Shown: piece by piece, positions 10,967 to 22,098 of the stretch
Layout of the letters: each line of letters begins with the position of its first letter
Position numbering within the stretch: position 1 is the stretch's first letter
Origin: Candidatus Xenobia bacterium
GTDB lineage: Bacteria > Vulcanimicrobiota > Xenobia > Xenobiales > QWHO01
Direction: 5' to 3'
Length of the DNA: 64,000 bases
Assembly (NCBI GenBank): GCA_045863235.1
Contig: BTUM01000002.1
Span: 189,941-253,940, forward strand
The notes under the pieces: model-generated
What the model saw: only the letters and a program-made list of their open reading frames with translations
What the model was told of the DNA's origin: nothing
The model's database searches: none
Made by a program: the position numbers and the translations under genes

Positions 10967-12094
10967 ATGTCCCGACGCCCCCTTCTTTCGGTGATCCTGG
11001 GAACCCTGGCCCTCTTCGGATTGAGCTTTGCCTTCTGTTGGATGCAGATGGCCAGCCTTTCCGAACGCCTGGTCCAGGAGCAAGAGACCGACCAGTTGAA
11101 CATCCTGCGCTCCATTCTCGAGGAGAGCCGCTGGCGGGCCCTGGCTCAGGCCGAGTTCGTGGCCTCCATTCCGGAGGTCCAGAAGGCTGTCAGAGAACGC
11201 GATCGGGGTGCCCTGATCCGGCTGGTGGGCCCCATCATCGACACCCAGCGCCGCAAGTACGGAGTCTCGGCGGCCAGCTTCTTCACCCGCGACAACACCG
11301 CACTGCTGCGCCTGGAGGCACCCGAGACCTTCGGCGATTCGGTGGCCGGCTACGCCCGCCGGGTGGTCGAGACCAACCGTTCCGGCGAGCCTCGGGCCGG
11401 GCCAGGCATCGATCGCCAGGGAGCAGAGATCTTCGGGGATGCCCCGGTGATGTCGGATGGCAAGCTTTACGGAACGTTCGAGCTGGGGATCTCGTGCTCG
11501 GAGCTGGTCAACCGACTGCACACCAGCTACGGCCTGGAGGCCGGCGTTCTCTTCGACCGCCAGTTGCTCGAGCAGGTGGCCACCCTGGAACGCTGGGACA
11601 GCTCGGCGGAGAACCTGGCCGGTCCCTACCTGCGCGTCTCGGCCACCGACTGGCCCTTGCTCCGCGATCTGCTCTCGCAGTGGCAGGGCGACTTTCTGCG
11701 CGAGCCCCAGACCTTCTCGGCCACCAGCCAGGGTCAAGAGTGCATCGTGACCGTGCTGCCCCTGGTGGACGGGGCAGGCGTGGCCATCGGCCAGCTCGTG
11801 GGCGTCAAGAAGCTTCCGCCTTTTCGGGTCCAGACCCGCAACGCCGCCATTCTGGCCGCCTCAGCCTGTCTGCTGGCCTTTGTTCTCAACTGCCTGCTGC
11901 TTCAGGTCGTTCTTCGGGGCATGCTCCTCTGGCCGGCGCGAGTGGTCGCAGAGCGGCTCCAGAACCTGGCCGATGGGGCTGATGCGCCCCCGGCCGGGGA
12001 TCTGCGCCGCGATGCCCCGGCCCTGACCGAGCTCTACGCCGCCTATGAGAACATTCGCGAACGCTGGCCCCGGCGGGAGAAACCCGAGCCGTGA
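10967..12094 (+). CDS. Stand-alone membrane Cache-domain sensor with HAMP-like tail and no output domain
   Basis: TM, extracytoplasmic domain (LLRLEAPETFGD, GDAPVMSDGKLYGTFELG; dCache_3-like), second TM, short HAMP-like tail. Confidence 0.72.
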   Translation: MSRRPLLSVILGTLALFGLSFAFCWMQMASLSERLVQEQETDQLNILRSILEESRWRALAQAEFVASIPEVQKAVRERDRGALIRLVGPIIDTQRRKYGVSAASFFTRDNTALLRLEAPETFGDSVAGYARRVVETNRSGEPRAGPGIDRQGAEIFGDAPVMSDGKLYGTFELGISCSELVNRLHTSYGLEAGVLFDRQLLEQVATLERWDSSAENLAGPYLRVSATDWPLLRDLLSQWQGDFLREPQTFSATSQGQECIVTVLPLVDGAGVAIGQLVGVKKLPPFRVQTRNAAILAASACLLAFVLNCLLLQVVLRGMLLWPARVVAERLQNLADGADAPPAGDLRRDAPALTELYAAYENIRERWPRREKPEP

Positions 12095-13155
12095 GGGGAT
12101 GGCTGCTCCTGGCATTCTTCGCGGCAATGCTCTGCGGTAAGGTCCCAGCCGAGCAGTTGCTCGACTTCCCACCCGACGTTCCGGTCCCGATTCCGGTTTC
12201 GGTGGGCGTGCGCCTGATCAAGCTGGAGGAGATCCGCGAATCCGAAGGGACCTTCTCGGCAACCCTGGATGTGCGCCTGGCCTGGACCGACCCCCGGTTG
12301 AGTACGGGAAGGAGAGGCCCTCGGCAGCTTGGCTCGCGGGCGGCCCGCGCCTCTCTGGAGGCTATCTGGGACCCGGGCGTCCAGATGCAAAACGAGCGAA
12401 GTGAGCAGTCCGACAGCGTGGTGGACGAGGCCCTGTGGATCTCCGAGAAGGGGGAAGTGGAGTGGATCCGCCGCATTCGCGGCAGCTTCGAGGCCGATTT
12501 TGACACCCGCAACTTCCCCTTTGACCGGCAGGACCTCTCGCTGAGCTTCCTGGGAGCTGAGTATGATCGCAACCAGATCACATTGGTGGCTGATGAGGCA
12601 GCCCAACAGTTTGCTCAAGGTCGTCTTCCCGAGATCTCAGGCTGGGAAATGCGTCGTGGAGCAGTGACTTCCTCGCTCGAATCCCACTGGAACGGCAACA
12701 CCCACTCCCGAATCGCTTACGAATTCAGTGTGCGCCGCGACCCCTGGCGATACGTTGCGCCCATCTTCACACCCGTGCTGGCCACCTTGCTGGTTCCGGT
12801 CATCGCCATCTGGCTCAATCGCTGGGGCGAGAACACCCTCCAGATCGAGGCCTACGAGTTCATGAATCTGGCCGTGGGCGGGTTGTTCGCCACCATCGCC
12901 CTGACCCTGGCGGTCTATTCGTCGTATCCCTTCCTGTCCAGCGGACGCAACGTGGTGGGCTACCTCTTCACTCTCAATTACTTGCTTCTAGCGGTCGCCG
13001 GCCTGGTGATCCTGTTCCTCTTCCGGTCCCAGCGCGAGGAGATCCCCCGGTTCAGTCCGGGGGTAGCCTACGAGCTCTACCAGGGCGTGTGCTGGGCCAT
13101 TCCGACGGCGGCGGTGATTGCGGCCGGAGCCATCTTCTTCACTGCTCTCCCCTGA
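12091..13155 (+). CDS. Prokaryotic pentameric ligand-gated ion channel (GLIC/ELIC-like)
   Basis: Signal peptide; VSVGVRL, WTDPRL, IWDP and Pro-loop NFPFDRQ motifs; VRRDP followed by four TM helices. Confidence 0.88.
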   Translation: MRGWLLLAFFAAMLCGKVPAEQLLDFPPDVPVPIPVSVGVRLIKLEEIRESEGTFSATLDVRLAWTDPRLSTGRRGPRQLGSRAARASLEAIWDPGVQMQNERSEQSDSVVDEALWISEKGEVEWIRRIRGSFEADFDTRNFPFDRQDLSLSFLGAEYDRNQITLVADEAAQQFAQGRLPEISGWEMRRGAVTSSLESHWNGNTHSRIAYEFSVRRDPWRYVAPIFTPVLATLLVPVIAIWLNRWGENTLQIEAYEFMNLAVGGLFATIALTLAVYSSYPFLSSGRNVVGYLFTLNYLLLAVAGLVILFLFRSQREEIPRFSPGVAYELYQGVCWAIPTAAVIAAGAIFFTALP

Positions 13156-13163
13156 AGCGAGCC

Positions 13164-14255
13164 TCAATGCGAATGGTCGTCCTTGAACCTGCTCGCGATC
13201 TCGCGAAACTCGTCAGCGCAGGCTACGAAAGCATCCACCAGGTCCGGATCGAAGTGCTTGCCGCGCCCCTCGCAGATGATCTCCACCGCCTTCTCATGCG
13301 AAAAGGCAGGCTTGTAGCAACGCTTGGAGATCAGGGCGTCATACACGTCGGCGATGGCCATGATGCGCCCTGGGAGGGGGATCGCGTCCCCCTGCACTCC
13401 ATCCGGATACCCGGTGCCATCCCATTTCTCGTGGTGCGAATAGGCGATCTCTCGGGCCAGTTGCAGGAAAGAGCTGGTGGAGCCGAGCATCTGCTCGGCC
13501 CGCAGCAGGGCGTCGCGGCCCAGAGTGGGGTGCTTCTTCATCTCAGCGAACTCTTCGTCGGTCAGCTTGTCGGGCTTGAGCAGAATCCGGTCGGCCACTC
13601 CCACCTTGCCGATGTCATGCAGCGGAGCTGATTTGGTCATCAGGTCGACGGTGCGCTCATCAAACTGCTCGTAGCCCGGCTGGGTGCTGAGGTAGCGGGC
13701 CAGGGCCCCCACGTACATCTGAGTGCGCCGGATGTGCCCCCCGGTCTCGTTGTCCCGGGTTTCGGCCAGCGAGGCCAGGCTCTGGATCGTCACGTCCTGG
13801 GTGAGCTTGAGCTCGGCCGTCCGCTCGGCCACCAGCCGCTCCAGAATCTCGTTCTGGTTCTTCATGTAGTCGCGGGCCAGCTTCAGCTCCAGGTGGTTCT
13901 TGACCCGGGCTTTGACGATCGGCGGTGAGATCGGTTTGGTGATGTAGTCCACCGCGCCCAACTCCAGGCCCCTGGTCTCGTCTTGCACCTCGCCCATGGC
14001 GGTGACGAAAATCACCGGAATGTCGTGCGTTTTCTCGTCCGCCTTGAGACGTCGACAGACCTCGTAGCCGTCCATTCCGGGCATCATGATATCCAGCAGA
14101 ATCAAGTCCGGCGCCGGGGTGTCAGCCACCCGCTGCAGGGCCTGATCGCCGTTCTTGGCCACGGCCAATTTGAACTCGGCTTTGAAGAGCTCGACAAGAA
14201 CGTTGAGATTGAGAGGCTCGTCGTCCACGATGAGCAGCTTGGAGTTCTGGGTCAA
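13164..14255 (-). CDS. REC-HD-GYP response regulator (RpfG-like cyclic dinucleotide phosphodiesterase)
   Basis: Receiver (VDDEP, LLDIMMP, KP); LHDIGK, HHEKWDGTGYP and ADVYDAL motifs. Confidence 0.92.
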   Translation of the reverse strand: MTQNSKLLIVDDEPLNLNVLVELFKAEFKLAVAKNGDQALQRVADTPAPDLILLDIMMPGMDGYEVCRRLKADEKTHDIPVIFVTAMGEVQDETRGLELGAVDYITKPISPPIVKARVKNHLELKLARDYMKNQNEILERLVAERTAELKLTQDVTIQSLASLAETRDNETGGHIRRTQMYVGALARYLSTQPGYEQFDERTVDLMTKSAPLHDIGKVGVADRILLKPDKLTDEEFAEMKKHPTLGRDALLRAEQMLGSTSSFLQLAREIAYSHHEKWDGTGYPDGVQGDAIPLPGRIMAIADVYDALISKRCYKPAFSHEKAVEIICEGRGKHFDPDLVDAFVACADEFREIASRFKDDHSH

Positions 14256-17200
14256 GGTCCTACCTCCACACCGAGTTTCAATTTGCGGGCGATGTCTTCC
14301 AGCGTCCGGGCGGCTTCGTCAAAGTCCAAGTCGTCCACCTGCCGATGGAGCAAGGCCACCTCGGCGCCGCCGACGCCGGACAGAAAAGGCTGAAGCTCCT
14401 CCAGGCGAGGGCCGGCGCCCGGGTCGCCCTGACGCAACAGCTTGAGCAGAGCCTCAACCTTCTCGGTCGGATCTCCGGGGAGGCCGGCGGGCCGGGCCTC
14501 CGGGCCGGGCTGCAGGGCGCCCAGAGCCGGCAGAACGGCAGCCAGACCGGACTCCACCGCCTGCACGAGAGCCGACTCCACCTGAGAAGCGCGAGCCGCC
14601 TTCTCCAACTCGCGAGCGGCCTTCTCGACCCCGCCGATGCCCAGGTTCGCCGACACGCCCGCCAGCGAGTGGGCCTGCTGGGAGATCGACTCGAAGTCTT
14701 GCTTCTCCAGGCTGGCGCGTAACCTCTCTCCGGCCTGCGAGAAGCGCGAGCGATAGTCCCCGAGCAGCTTGCGATAGAGCTTGAGATTGCCGCCCAGACG
14801 GGCCAGACCGCTACTGGTGTCCACCCCGGGCAGGGGCGGTAACCCTTCCGACGCGCTGGTCAACCAGCGGGCCAGGGCCGCCCTCAGGGCCCGAGGATCG
14901 ATGGGCTTGGCCAGGTGGTCGTTCATCCCGGCCTCCAGGCAACGCTCCCGGTCGCCGACCATGGCGTGGGCGGTCATGGCGACGATGGGCAAGCCGGTCA
15001 GCGAGCTGTCCGAGCGGATGCGCCGGGTCGCCTCCCAGCCGTCCATCACCGGCATCTGAAGGTCCATCAGGACGAGGTCGAACCCCTCGCGGGCCAGAGC
15101 GTCCAGCACCTCCTGGCCGTTGGCGGCGATGCTGACCCGCATGCCCATCTGCTGCAACATTTCACCGGCCACTTGCTGGTTGATCTCGTCATCCTCAGCC
15201 AGCAAGATGTGCGCCGCTCGAAGCTTCACCGGCTCTTCGGATGCGCTCGAGGCGGCTGCTCGCGCCTCCCCCCCGATGACCCGGGCAATGGCCTCGAACA
15301 AGAGCGTGGGAGTCACCGGCTTGAGCACGAAGCCGTCCAGGTTCTCCAGGCCGGCCTTGCCGTCACGCATCTCGTCGCGGCCGTAGTTGGTGACCATCAG
15401 AATATAGGGTCGGCGTGTCCCGGAGAACCGTTTGTGGATCTCTCGCGAGGTTTCCAGGCCGCTCATGCCCGACATCCGCCAGTCCATCAAGACCACCTCG
15501 TAGCGGCTCTGCTCGAGCAAGGAGAGAGCCTCGCCTCCCGAGCCCGCGGTGGCCACCTCAAAGGCCATCGAGGCCAGCATCTCGGCCAGGATCTTGCGGG
15601 CGGTGGGTCGATCGTCCACCACCAGCACCCGGGTCCCCTTGAGATCGAGCTGCACGCTCGGGCCGCCGGTCGGCTTGCGGTCCTGAAGGCGGCAGCGGAT
15701 GGTAAAGCTGAACGTGCTTCCCTGGCCGGGCCGACTGCTCACCTCGATGTTTCCCCCCATCATCTCGACGAGCCGTTTGCAGATGATCAGGCCCAGACCC
15801 CCTCCTCGGGTGTGGGCCTCGGTAAAGGGTTGAAAGAGCTGCTCGAGCTGCTTCTGGGTCATGCCCTGGCCCGTATCCTGGACGGTGAAGCGCAAAGTGG
15901 CTGAATCCTGGTCGCGCTCGAGCAGGCTGCTGCGCACCACGATGTCTCCGTTCTGGGTAAACTTGACCGCGTTGGAGACCAGGTTGGTCAGCACTTGAGC
16001 CAGCCGCAAAGGAGCTCCGATGAGGTGCTCGGGCACGTCGGCCTCGCGCAGGAAAAACATCTCCAGGCCCTTCTCCGCGGCCTTGACCGTGAACAGACCG
16101 AGCACGTCGTCGAGCACTGTGCTCAGGTTGAAGTCCACCTGCTCGAGCTTGCGCTCGCCCGCATCCAGCTTGGAGAAATCCAGCACGTCGTTGATGGTTC
16201 CCAGGTCGCTCATGATGCCCAGCAGCGATTGAGCCGAGCCCTGGATCTTCATCAGGTAGTCGCGCTGGTTGGCGGTCAGCTCGGTCTGCAGAGCCAGGTG
16301 ACAAAGGCCGATCACGGCATTCATGGGTGTTCGAATCTCGTGGCTCATCCGGGCCAGGAACTCGGACTTGGCCAGGTTGGCGGCATCGGCTTCCAACCGG
16401 GCGCTGAGCAGCTTGTTCTCCATGGCCTTTCGCTCGGTGATCTCGGTAGCAAACGAGCTGACGGCATAGGGCTGACCCTGGGCATCGAGCAGGGGCACCT
16501 CGCTGACCAGGTAGGTCCGGGTGACGCCCTCCGGGGTCACCTGCTGCTCCTCGAACTGCAGCGGCTGGCGCGACTCGAGCACCTGGCGATCGCGCTCACG
16601 CCTCTCGGCGGCTAGCTCGGGGGAAAACAGCTCCTGATCGGTCTGGCCCACCACTTGCTCGAGCGTGCGGCCCACCCGGGTGGCGAAGGTCCTGTTGACC
16701 ATCAGGTAACGCCCTGTCGGGTCCTTGAGATAGATGGGGTCGGTGGCGTTGTCGATGATGGCCTGCAGGCGCCGCTCGCTCTCTTCGATCACCTCGCGCG
16801 CCAGCTTCTGCTCGGTAATGTCGAGCAGGATGCCATCGAGCCACTCGGGGGTGCCGTCCGGCCGACAGATCGCCTGACCGGTGTCCTCCACCCAGAGCGA
16901 GCGCCCATCGCGATGCTGAAAACGGTATTGAGTCTTCCAGGGGCGCCCGGCCAGCACGGCTTCGTCCACGGCCGCCCGGGCCTGCTCCAGGTCGGCGGGC
17001 ACGATCAAGCTGTCCAGCCGACGCCGGTCCCCTTCCAGGAACTCGCCGGCAGGATAACCGCACAGCTCCTCGATCCGGTCGCTGACGAACTCGACGCGTC
17101 GCTGCGCGTCGGCCTGGCAGCGATAGACGGCTCCAGGCAGATTCGCGACCAGCACGTTGAAGCGCTGGCTCTCCAGGTCTTGAATCTGCTCCTCGCGGTC

Positions 17201-18298
17201 GAGCAGCACCTCGCTCATGGTGTGAAAGGAGTAGAACAGGTCACCCAGCTCGTCTTCCCGGGTGGGAGGAAGCTCCTGGAGCGGCTGACCCTTGGCAAAA
17301 AGGTCCATCTGATCGCGCAGCTTGAGAACCGGTGAGGTGATCCAACCCATCACCAACCACATGGCCACGGCTGCGCCCAGCAGCGTGAGGAGCTCGGTGG
17401 CGGCCCGCCGGCCCAGCTGGCGCGTCTCGCTGGCCAGCAGCGACGACTCGGAAACCTGCCAGCCCAGGCTCCAACCAGTCCGCTGGAGGGGCACATAGAC
17501 CGCCACGGCCGGACCCTGCGTCCCCTGCACCACCACCGTACCGGGCCCCTCGTGACGGGTCAGCTTCAAGGCATAGCTCAGCTGGTCATCCTGACGACTG
17601 CGCCGGGCCTGCTCGAGCAGGTTGGCATTGCCTGCCCCCCCCACCACGAACCTGCCGGTGCTGGTGACGATCATCGGGCTCTTGCCGCCCGCTCGCAGAT
17701 CGGCCAGGCTCTTGAGCGTGGAAAGTGCGATGTCCACGGTGACCACGCCGGCGAACTGGTCTCCGCGGTAGAACGGCGCCGAGAAGGTGGTGACGAAGAC
17801 TCCCTGGCCGCCAGGAGCGGTGGAAGGCTCCGACCAGTGGGGCCTGCGATCACGGCTGGTGACACGATACCACTCATAACGCTCTTCGGTGTAATCGAGT
17901 CGGCCAGCCAGATCGGTGCGCACCATCCGGTCGCCCTGCCGCATGACGCTGGGGCAAAAAAGCTGCCGGTCCGAGCCCGGCGCGAAGGCCACCGTGGCGC
18001 CGAACAGGGCCGGATTTCCCTCCAGCGTCGACTCGAGCAGGGCATAGATGCGCTCGGGAGACTCCCTGCTCTCGCGGGCCAGGCCGCTTGCCAGCACGCC
18101 CACGGCCCGCTCGGCGCTCTCAAAGAACGCATCCAGACGGCTGGCCTCGAAGACCGCCTCGGACTCGACCTCGCGCCGCTTGAGGTCACGAACATCGTGG
18201 TGGAGGTTGAGCAGGTCGCGGGCCAGCGATACCAGCGTGATGGCCACGATGGGGATCAGCACCAGCAACGTGTATTTGACTCGGATGGAACGAAACAC
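14252..18298 (-). CDS. Hybrid sensor kinase: Cache-HAMP-2xPAS-HisKA-HATPase-2xREC-HPt
   Basis: GTG start at 18298 with [17 protein letters not shown]; two receivers; HPt AHSLAG. Confidence 0.9.
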   Translation of the reverse strand: MFRSIRVKYTLLVLIPIVAITLVSLARDLLNLHHDVRDLKRREVESEAVFEASRLDAFFESAERAVGVLASGLARESRESPERIYALLESTLEGNPALFGATVAFAPGSDRQLFCPSVMRQGDRMVRTDLAGRLDYTEERYEWYRVTSRDRRPHWSEPSTAPGGQGVFVTTFSAPFYRGDQFAGVVTVDIALSTLKSLADLRAGGKSPMIVTSTGRFVVGGAGNANLLEQARRSRQDDQLSYALKLTRHEGPGTVVVQGTQGPAVAVYVPLQRTGWSLGWQVSESSLLASETRQLGRRAATELLTLLGAAVAMWLVMGWITSPVLKLRDQMDLFAKGQPLQELPPTREDELGDLFYSFHTMSEVLLDREEQIQDLESQRFNVLVANLPGAVYRCQADAQRRVEFVSDRIEELCGYPAGEFLEGDRRRLDSLIVPADLEQARAAVDEAVLAGRPWKTQYRFQHRDGRSLWVEDTGQAICRPDGTPEWLDGILLDITEQKLAREVIEESERRLQAIIDNATDPIYLKDPTGRYLMVNRTFATRVGRTLEQVVGQTDQELFSPELAAERRERDRQVLESRQPLQFEEQQVTPEGVTRTYLVSEVPLLDAQGQPYAVSSFATEITERKAMENKLLSARLEADAANLAKSEFLARMSHEIRTPMNAVIGLCHLALQTELTANQRDYLMKIQGSAQSLLGIMSDLGTINDVLDFSKLDAGERKLEQVDFNLSTVLDDVLGLFTVKAAEKGLEMFFLREADVPEHLIGAPLRLAQVLTNLVSNAVKFTQNGDIVVRSSLLERDQDSATLRFTVQDTGQGMTQKQLEQLFQPFTEAHTRGGGLGLIICKRLVEMMGGNIEVSSRPGQGSTFSFTIRCRLQDRKPTGGPSVQLDLKGTRVLVVDDRPTARKILAEMLASMAFEVATAGSGGEALSLLEQSRYEVVLMDWRMSGMSGLETSREIHKRFSGTRRPYILMVTNYGRDEMRDGKAGLENLDGFVLKPVTPTLLFEAIARVIGGEARAAASSASEEPVKLRAAHILLAEDDEINQQVAGEMLQQMGMRVSIAANGQEVLDALAREGFDLVLMDLQMPVMDGWEATRRIRSDSSLTGLPIVAMTAHAMVGDRERCLEAGMNDHLAKPIDPRALRAALARWLTSASEGLPPLPGVDTSSGLARLGGNLKLYRKLLGDYRSRFSQAGERLRASLEKQDFESISQQAHSLAGVSANLGIGGVEKAARELEKAARASQVESALVQAVESGLAAVLPALGALQPGPEARPAGLPGDPTEKVEALLKLLRQGDPGAGPRLEELQPFLSGVGGAEVALLHRQVDDLDFDEAARTLEDIARKLKLGVEVGP

Positions 18299-18453
18299 GA
18301 GCTCTCCGTCTTGCCGGGCACGGCCCCGGCGACGAAGTGTAGTTGCACATCGGCTCGAACGTCCCTGTTTGAGACAACCCTTCACTTCTCTAACCGGACA
18401 AAAGATGCCCCGCCCACAGAAGATTCCCAACCGGGCTGGACGAAGGGACCGCC

Positions 18454-21400
18454 ATGACGATCGCCCGCCGCCTGACCCTGCAAGCAATCCTCCCCCTGTT
18501 ACTGCTCGCGGGTCTGGGGTTTCTGGTGCGCAGCAAGCTGGCCCAGATCGAGGAGAGAACAAGATTCCTGGCTCTTCAAGCGGAGAGTCTGAGGGCGGTG
18601 GCGGGAATCTCGGCGGCAAACTTCAGCATGCGCATCTCGATGCGCAACATGCTCCTGGGTCGAAACCCTGAAGAGCGGTCCGAGGCCCGAGCCGATTTTG
18701 AGGCAGCCTCGCTCCGATCCCAGCAGCTCCTGAGCGACTATGAAGCCAGGATGATCAGCAGCGAGGCCGATGGGAGGATGCTTTCGAGTTTTCGTGCCGG
18801 CCAGCAAGAGTGGGAAGTCACGGCTCGCAGCTTCCTTTCGAAGGCCGAGGCCGACCCCGAGGGAACTCTTCGTGTGCTCCCCCCCCAGCGGGTGCTCCAG
18901 CAGTCTGGGCTGGCCGTGAGCCGGTCGCTGGAGGCCTGGATCAAGCTCAATGAAGAGCTGGCCGCGGGGGCGGAGCAGGATGCTCTGCGGGCAATTCAGA
19001 GCGCACGACGAGACATCAGCCTGGCCCTGCTGCTGTCCCTGATGCTGTCTGCCTGGCTGAGCTTCTGGACCTACCGGAGGATCGTCCACCCCATCAGGAC
19101 GCTGCGCAACTCGGTTGAGACCATCGCGGCCGGAGACTATACTCAGGTCGTCCCGCTGGCCAGAGTCCCGGGCGAGATCGGCAAGCTCTCCCGGGCGATC
19201 CAGGTGCTCAAGCAGGGAGCCGCGGCGGCCGACGAGATGCGCTGGGTTGAAAGCAATGCCTCCAACCTTTCGGCCGGGTTAAAAGGGGCTGCCACTTTGC
19301 AGGAGTTCGGGCAGCGATTGCTCTCGGGCCTGGTGCCCGTGCTCGGGGGCGGGGTGGCCGGATTGTTCCATCTCGATGAGAACGATGGAATTCTGCGCCG
19401 CATAGCCGGGTACGGCCTGGCCGAGGACGAGGGGGCCGGCCTGGCGTTCCGACCGGGGGAAGGACTGGTAGGCGAGTGTGCGCGGGAACGAGCGCCTATC
19501 ACGCTGAGCGGCCTGCCGGCTGACTATCTGCGCATCTCGTCCGGGGTGGGCCAGGCTCCTCCGGCCCAGGTTTCGGTGTGGCCGGTCCTGTCCCGGGATG
19601 CGGTGCTGGGCGTGCTCGAGCTGGCCAGTCTCCGGCCCCTGACTCCGCTCCAGAAGGAGCTGCTGGACGCGTTGCTGCCCGACGTGGGCATGAGCCTGGA
19701 GATCCTGCAGCGCAACCTTCACACGCAGGAGCTGCTGGGGGAAACCCGTGAGCAGGCCCGCGAGCTGGAGGAGCGCGCCATCGAGCTGACCCGCTCGCAG
19801 CGCGAGCTGCTGACTCAGAGAGAGAAGCTGGTGGCCCAGGGTCAGGAGCTGGCCCAGGCCAAACAGGCCGCCGAAGCTGCCACAGCCATGAAATCGATGT
19901 TCCTGGCCAACATGAGCCATGAGATCAGGACCCCGATGAACGCCATCATCGGTCTGTCGCACCTGGCCCTCAAAACCCCGCTCAACCCCAAGCAGAAAGA
20001 CTACGTCAGCAAGATCCACAATGCCGGCACATCGCTCCTGGGCATCATCAACGACATCCTGGACGTGTCCAAGATCGAAGCCGGCAAGCTCGATCTCGAG
20101 ACCACCGACTTTCTCCTCGACGAAGTCATCAGCTCGGTCACCACCCTGACCGCCCAGAAAGCCCACGAGAAGGGGCTGGAGTTCTTGTTCGACGTCTCCC
20201 GCTCGATCCCCGAGGAGCTTCGAGGCGACCCGCTCCGGCTCGGTCAGGTGCTCACCAACCTGGTCAACAATGCCATCAAGTTCACCGAGAAAGGCGAGAT
20301 CCGCGTCAAAATCGAGCTGGGCGAGCGCACCGGGGACAAGGTGCAGATCAAGTGCCTGATCCGCGATACCGGGATTGGCATGTCTAAAGAGCAAGCGGCC
20401 AGGCTCTTCCAGCCCTTCACCCAGGCCGACATGTCCACCACCCGCAAGCATGGGGGCACCGGCCTGGGGCTGACCATCGCCCGCCGACTGGTGGAGATGA
20501 TGGGCGGCCAGATCTGGCTCGAGAGCGAGCCCGGGGTGGGCACCACCTTCCACTTCACCGTCTGGCTGGGAGTTGGCTCGGAGAAACGCTCCGGGAGGGT
20601 GGTGCCGGCCAGCCTGCCCAGCCTGCGGGCCCTGGTGGTGGACGACAACCCTTCGGCCCGGGAGATTCTGCAGGACCTGCTGACCTCGGTCACCGGTCAG
20701 GTCGACCTGGTGGGCTCGGGAATCGAAGCGCTGGAAGCCATTCAGCGTCACGACGCCGACCAGCCCTACGACATCGTCTTCATGGACTGGCGCATGCCCG
20801 GGATGGACGGTCTCACGGCCAGTCGCCAGATTCGCAGCCTGGAATCACTCAAGCGCCAGCCGGCCATCGTGATGGTGACCGCCTTCGGCCGTGACGAAGT
20901 GCGCGAGGAGGCCGAGCGGGTGGGCCTGGATGGCTTCCTGGTCAAGCCGGTCACCAAGTCGATGATCGTGGACACGCTGGTGAGCGTGTTTGCCGAGCCA
21001 GGCGAGGTGCAGGCCCACGAGTTGGCAGAGAGCAGGCTCCTGAACGGAGTCCGCATTCTGCTGGCGGAAGACAACGAGATCAACCAGCAGATCGCCGTCG
21101 AGCTGCTGGAAGGCTCGGGAGCCGTCGTGCGAGTGGCCAACAACGGTCAGGAGGCGGTGGACGCAGTCTTTGGCGAGCCTCAGCCTCCCCCGTTCGACGT
21201 GGTGCTGATGGACCTTCAGATGCCCGTGCTCGACGGCTACCAGGCTACCGCCAGGATCCGCTCCGATGCACGCTTTGCCGAGCTTCCCATCCTGGCCATG
21301 ACCGCTCACGCCACCATCGAGGAACGCCAGAAGTGCCTCGAGTCGGGCATGAACGACCACATCTCCAAGCCTATCGATCCGGGCAAGCTGTTCGACACGG

Positions 21401-22068
21401 TGGGGCGTTTCTGCAAGCTCCTGCCCGTCGCCGCCGAGCCCGCGCCCGCGCCGAGCCCGGCCGCAAGCGAGGTCGAGCTGCCGCGCCTGGAGGGCCTCGA
21501 GACTCGGGACGGTCTGCGCCGGGTGGGAGGAAACCGCAAGTTCTACCGTAAGCTGCTCGGCCAGTTCGCCGAGCAACAGGGCCGGGCAGCCGAATCGATC
21601 GGCGCGGCGCTGGCCAGTGGAGACGCCGCCACCGCCGAGCGACTGGCTCACACGCTCAAGGGGGTGGCCGGGAGCATCGGCGCCCCGATCATTCAGAAGC
21701 TGGCCGCAGATCTCGAGAAAGCCATCCGAAACGGCGAGAGCGACATCGAGTCGCGGCGCCAGCAGCTGAGCGAGACGCTGGAGCCATTTGCGGCTCAGCT
21801 TCGCAGCGCCCTGGGGGCGATGGCCGTGGAGGCCCCGCCGTCCTCATCCGCGGTCGACCCGGAGGCCTCGCGCGCGGCCGCCGGCAAACTGCTCGCGATG
21901 CTCGAGCAGTTTGACCCGAGCGCGGTCGGGTTCCTGGAGGAGAGCCAGGCTCTGCTGCGTCCGCTTGTGGGCCAGCATTGGCCCGAGCTCGACAAGCGAG
22001 TGCAAGACTATGCCTTCGCCGAAGCGGAGGCGCTGGTCAAAGCGGCCCTGGAGTCAGGCTCTTCTTGA
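18454..22068 (+). CDS. Hybrid sensor kinase: 4HB sensor-HAMP-GAF-coiled coil-HisKA-HATPase-2xREC-HPt
   Basis: GEGLVGECA (GAF); [17 protein letters not shown]; two receivers; AHTLKG (HPt). Confidence 0.92.
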   Translation: MTIARRLTLQAILPLLLLAGLGFLVRSKLAQIEERTRFLALQAESLRAVAGISAANFSMRISMRNMLLGRNPEERSEARADFEAASLRSQQLLSDYEARMISSEADGRMLSSFRAGQQEWEVTARSFLSKAEADPEGTLRVLPPQRVLQQSGLAVSRSLEAWIKLNEELAAGAEQDALRAIQSARRDISLALLLSLMLSAWLSFWTYRRIVHPIRTLRNSVETIAAGDYTQVVPLARVPGEIGKLSRAIQVLKQGAAAADEMRWVESNASNLSAGLKGAATLQEFGQRLLSGLVPVLGGGVAGLFHLDENDGILRRIAGYGLAEDEGAGLAFRPGEGLVGECARERAPITLSGLPADYLRISSGVGQAPPAQVSVWPVLSRDAVLGVLELASLRPLTPLQKELLDALLPDVGMSLEILQRNLHTQELLGETREQARELEERAIELTRSQRELLTQREKLVAQGQELAQAKQAAEAATAMKSMFLANMSHEIRTPMNAIIGLSHLALKTPLNPKQKDYVSKIHNAGTSLLGIINDILDVSKIEAGKLDLETTDFLLDEVISSVTTLTAQKAHEKGLEFLFDVSRSIPEELRGDPLRLGQVLTNLVNNAIKFTEKGEIRVKIELGERTGDKVQIKCLIRDTGIGMSKEQAARLFQPFTQADMSTTRKHGGTGLGLTIARRLVEMMGGQIWLESEPGVGTTFHFTVWLGVGSEKRSGRVVPASLPSLRALVVDDNPSAREILQDLLTSVTGQVDLVGSGIEALEAIQRHDADQPYDIVFMDWRMPGMDGLTASRQIRSLESLKRQPAIVMVTAFGRDEVREEAERVGLDGFLVKPVTKSMIVDTLVSVFAEPGEVQAHELAESRLLNGVRILLAEDNEINQQIAVELLEGSGAVVRVANNGQEAVDAVFGEPQPPPFDVVLMDLQMPVLDGYQATARIRSDARFAELPILAMTAHATIEERQKCLESGMNDHISKPIDPGKLFDTVGRFCKLLPVAAEPAPAPSPAASEVELPRLEGLETRDGLRRVGGNRKFYRKLLGQFAEQQGRAAESIGAALASGDAATAERLAHTLKGVAGSIGAPIIQKLAADLEKAIRNGESDIESRRQQLSETLEPFAAQLRSALGAMAVEAPPSSSAVDPEASRAAAGKLLAMLEQFDPSAVGFLEESQALLRPLVGQHWPELDKRVQDYAFAEAEALVKAALESGSS

Positions 22069-22098
22069 ACGGGATCTGCGCTCGCCTTCGCGACGTGG

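Noticed and set aside
18299..18619. Overlap of the two divergent kinases implied by the ORF track start at 18619
   Set aside because: A GTG at 18298 with an RBS just before the first TM helix is the better start and leaves a normal divergent promoter region
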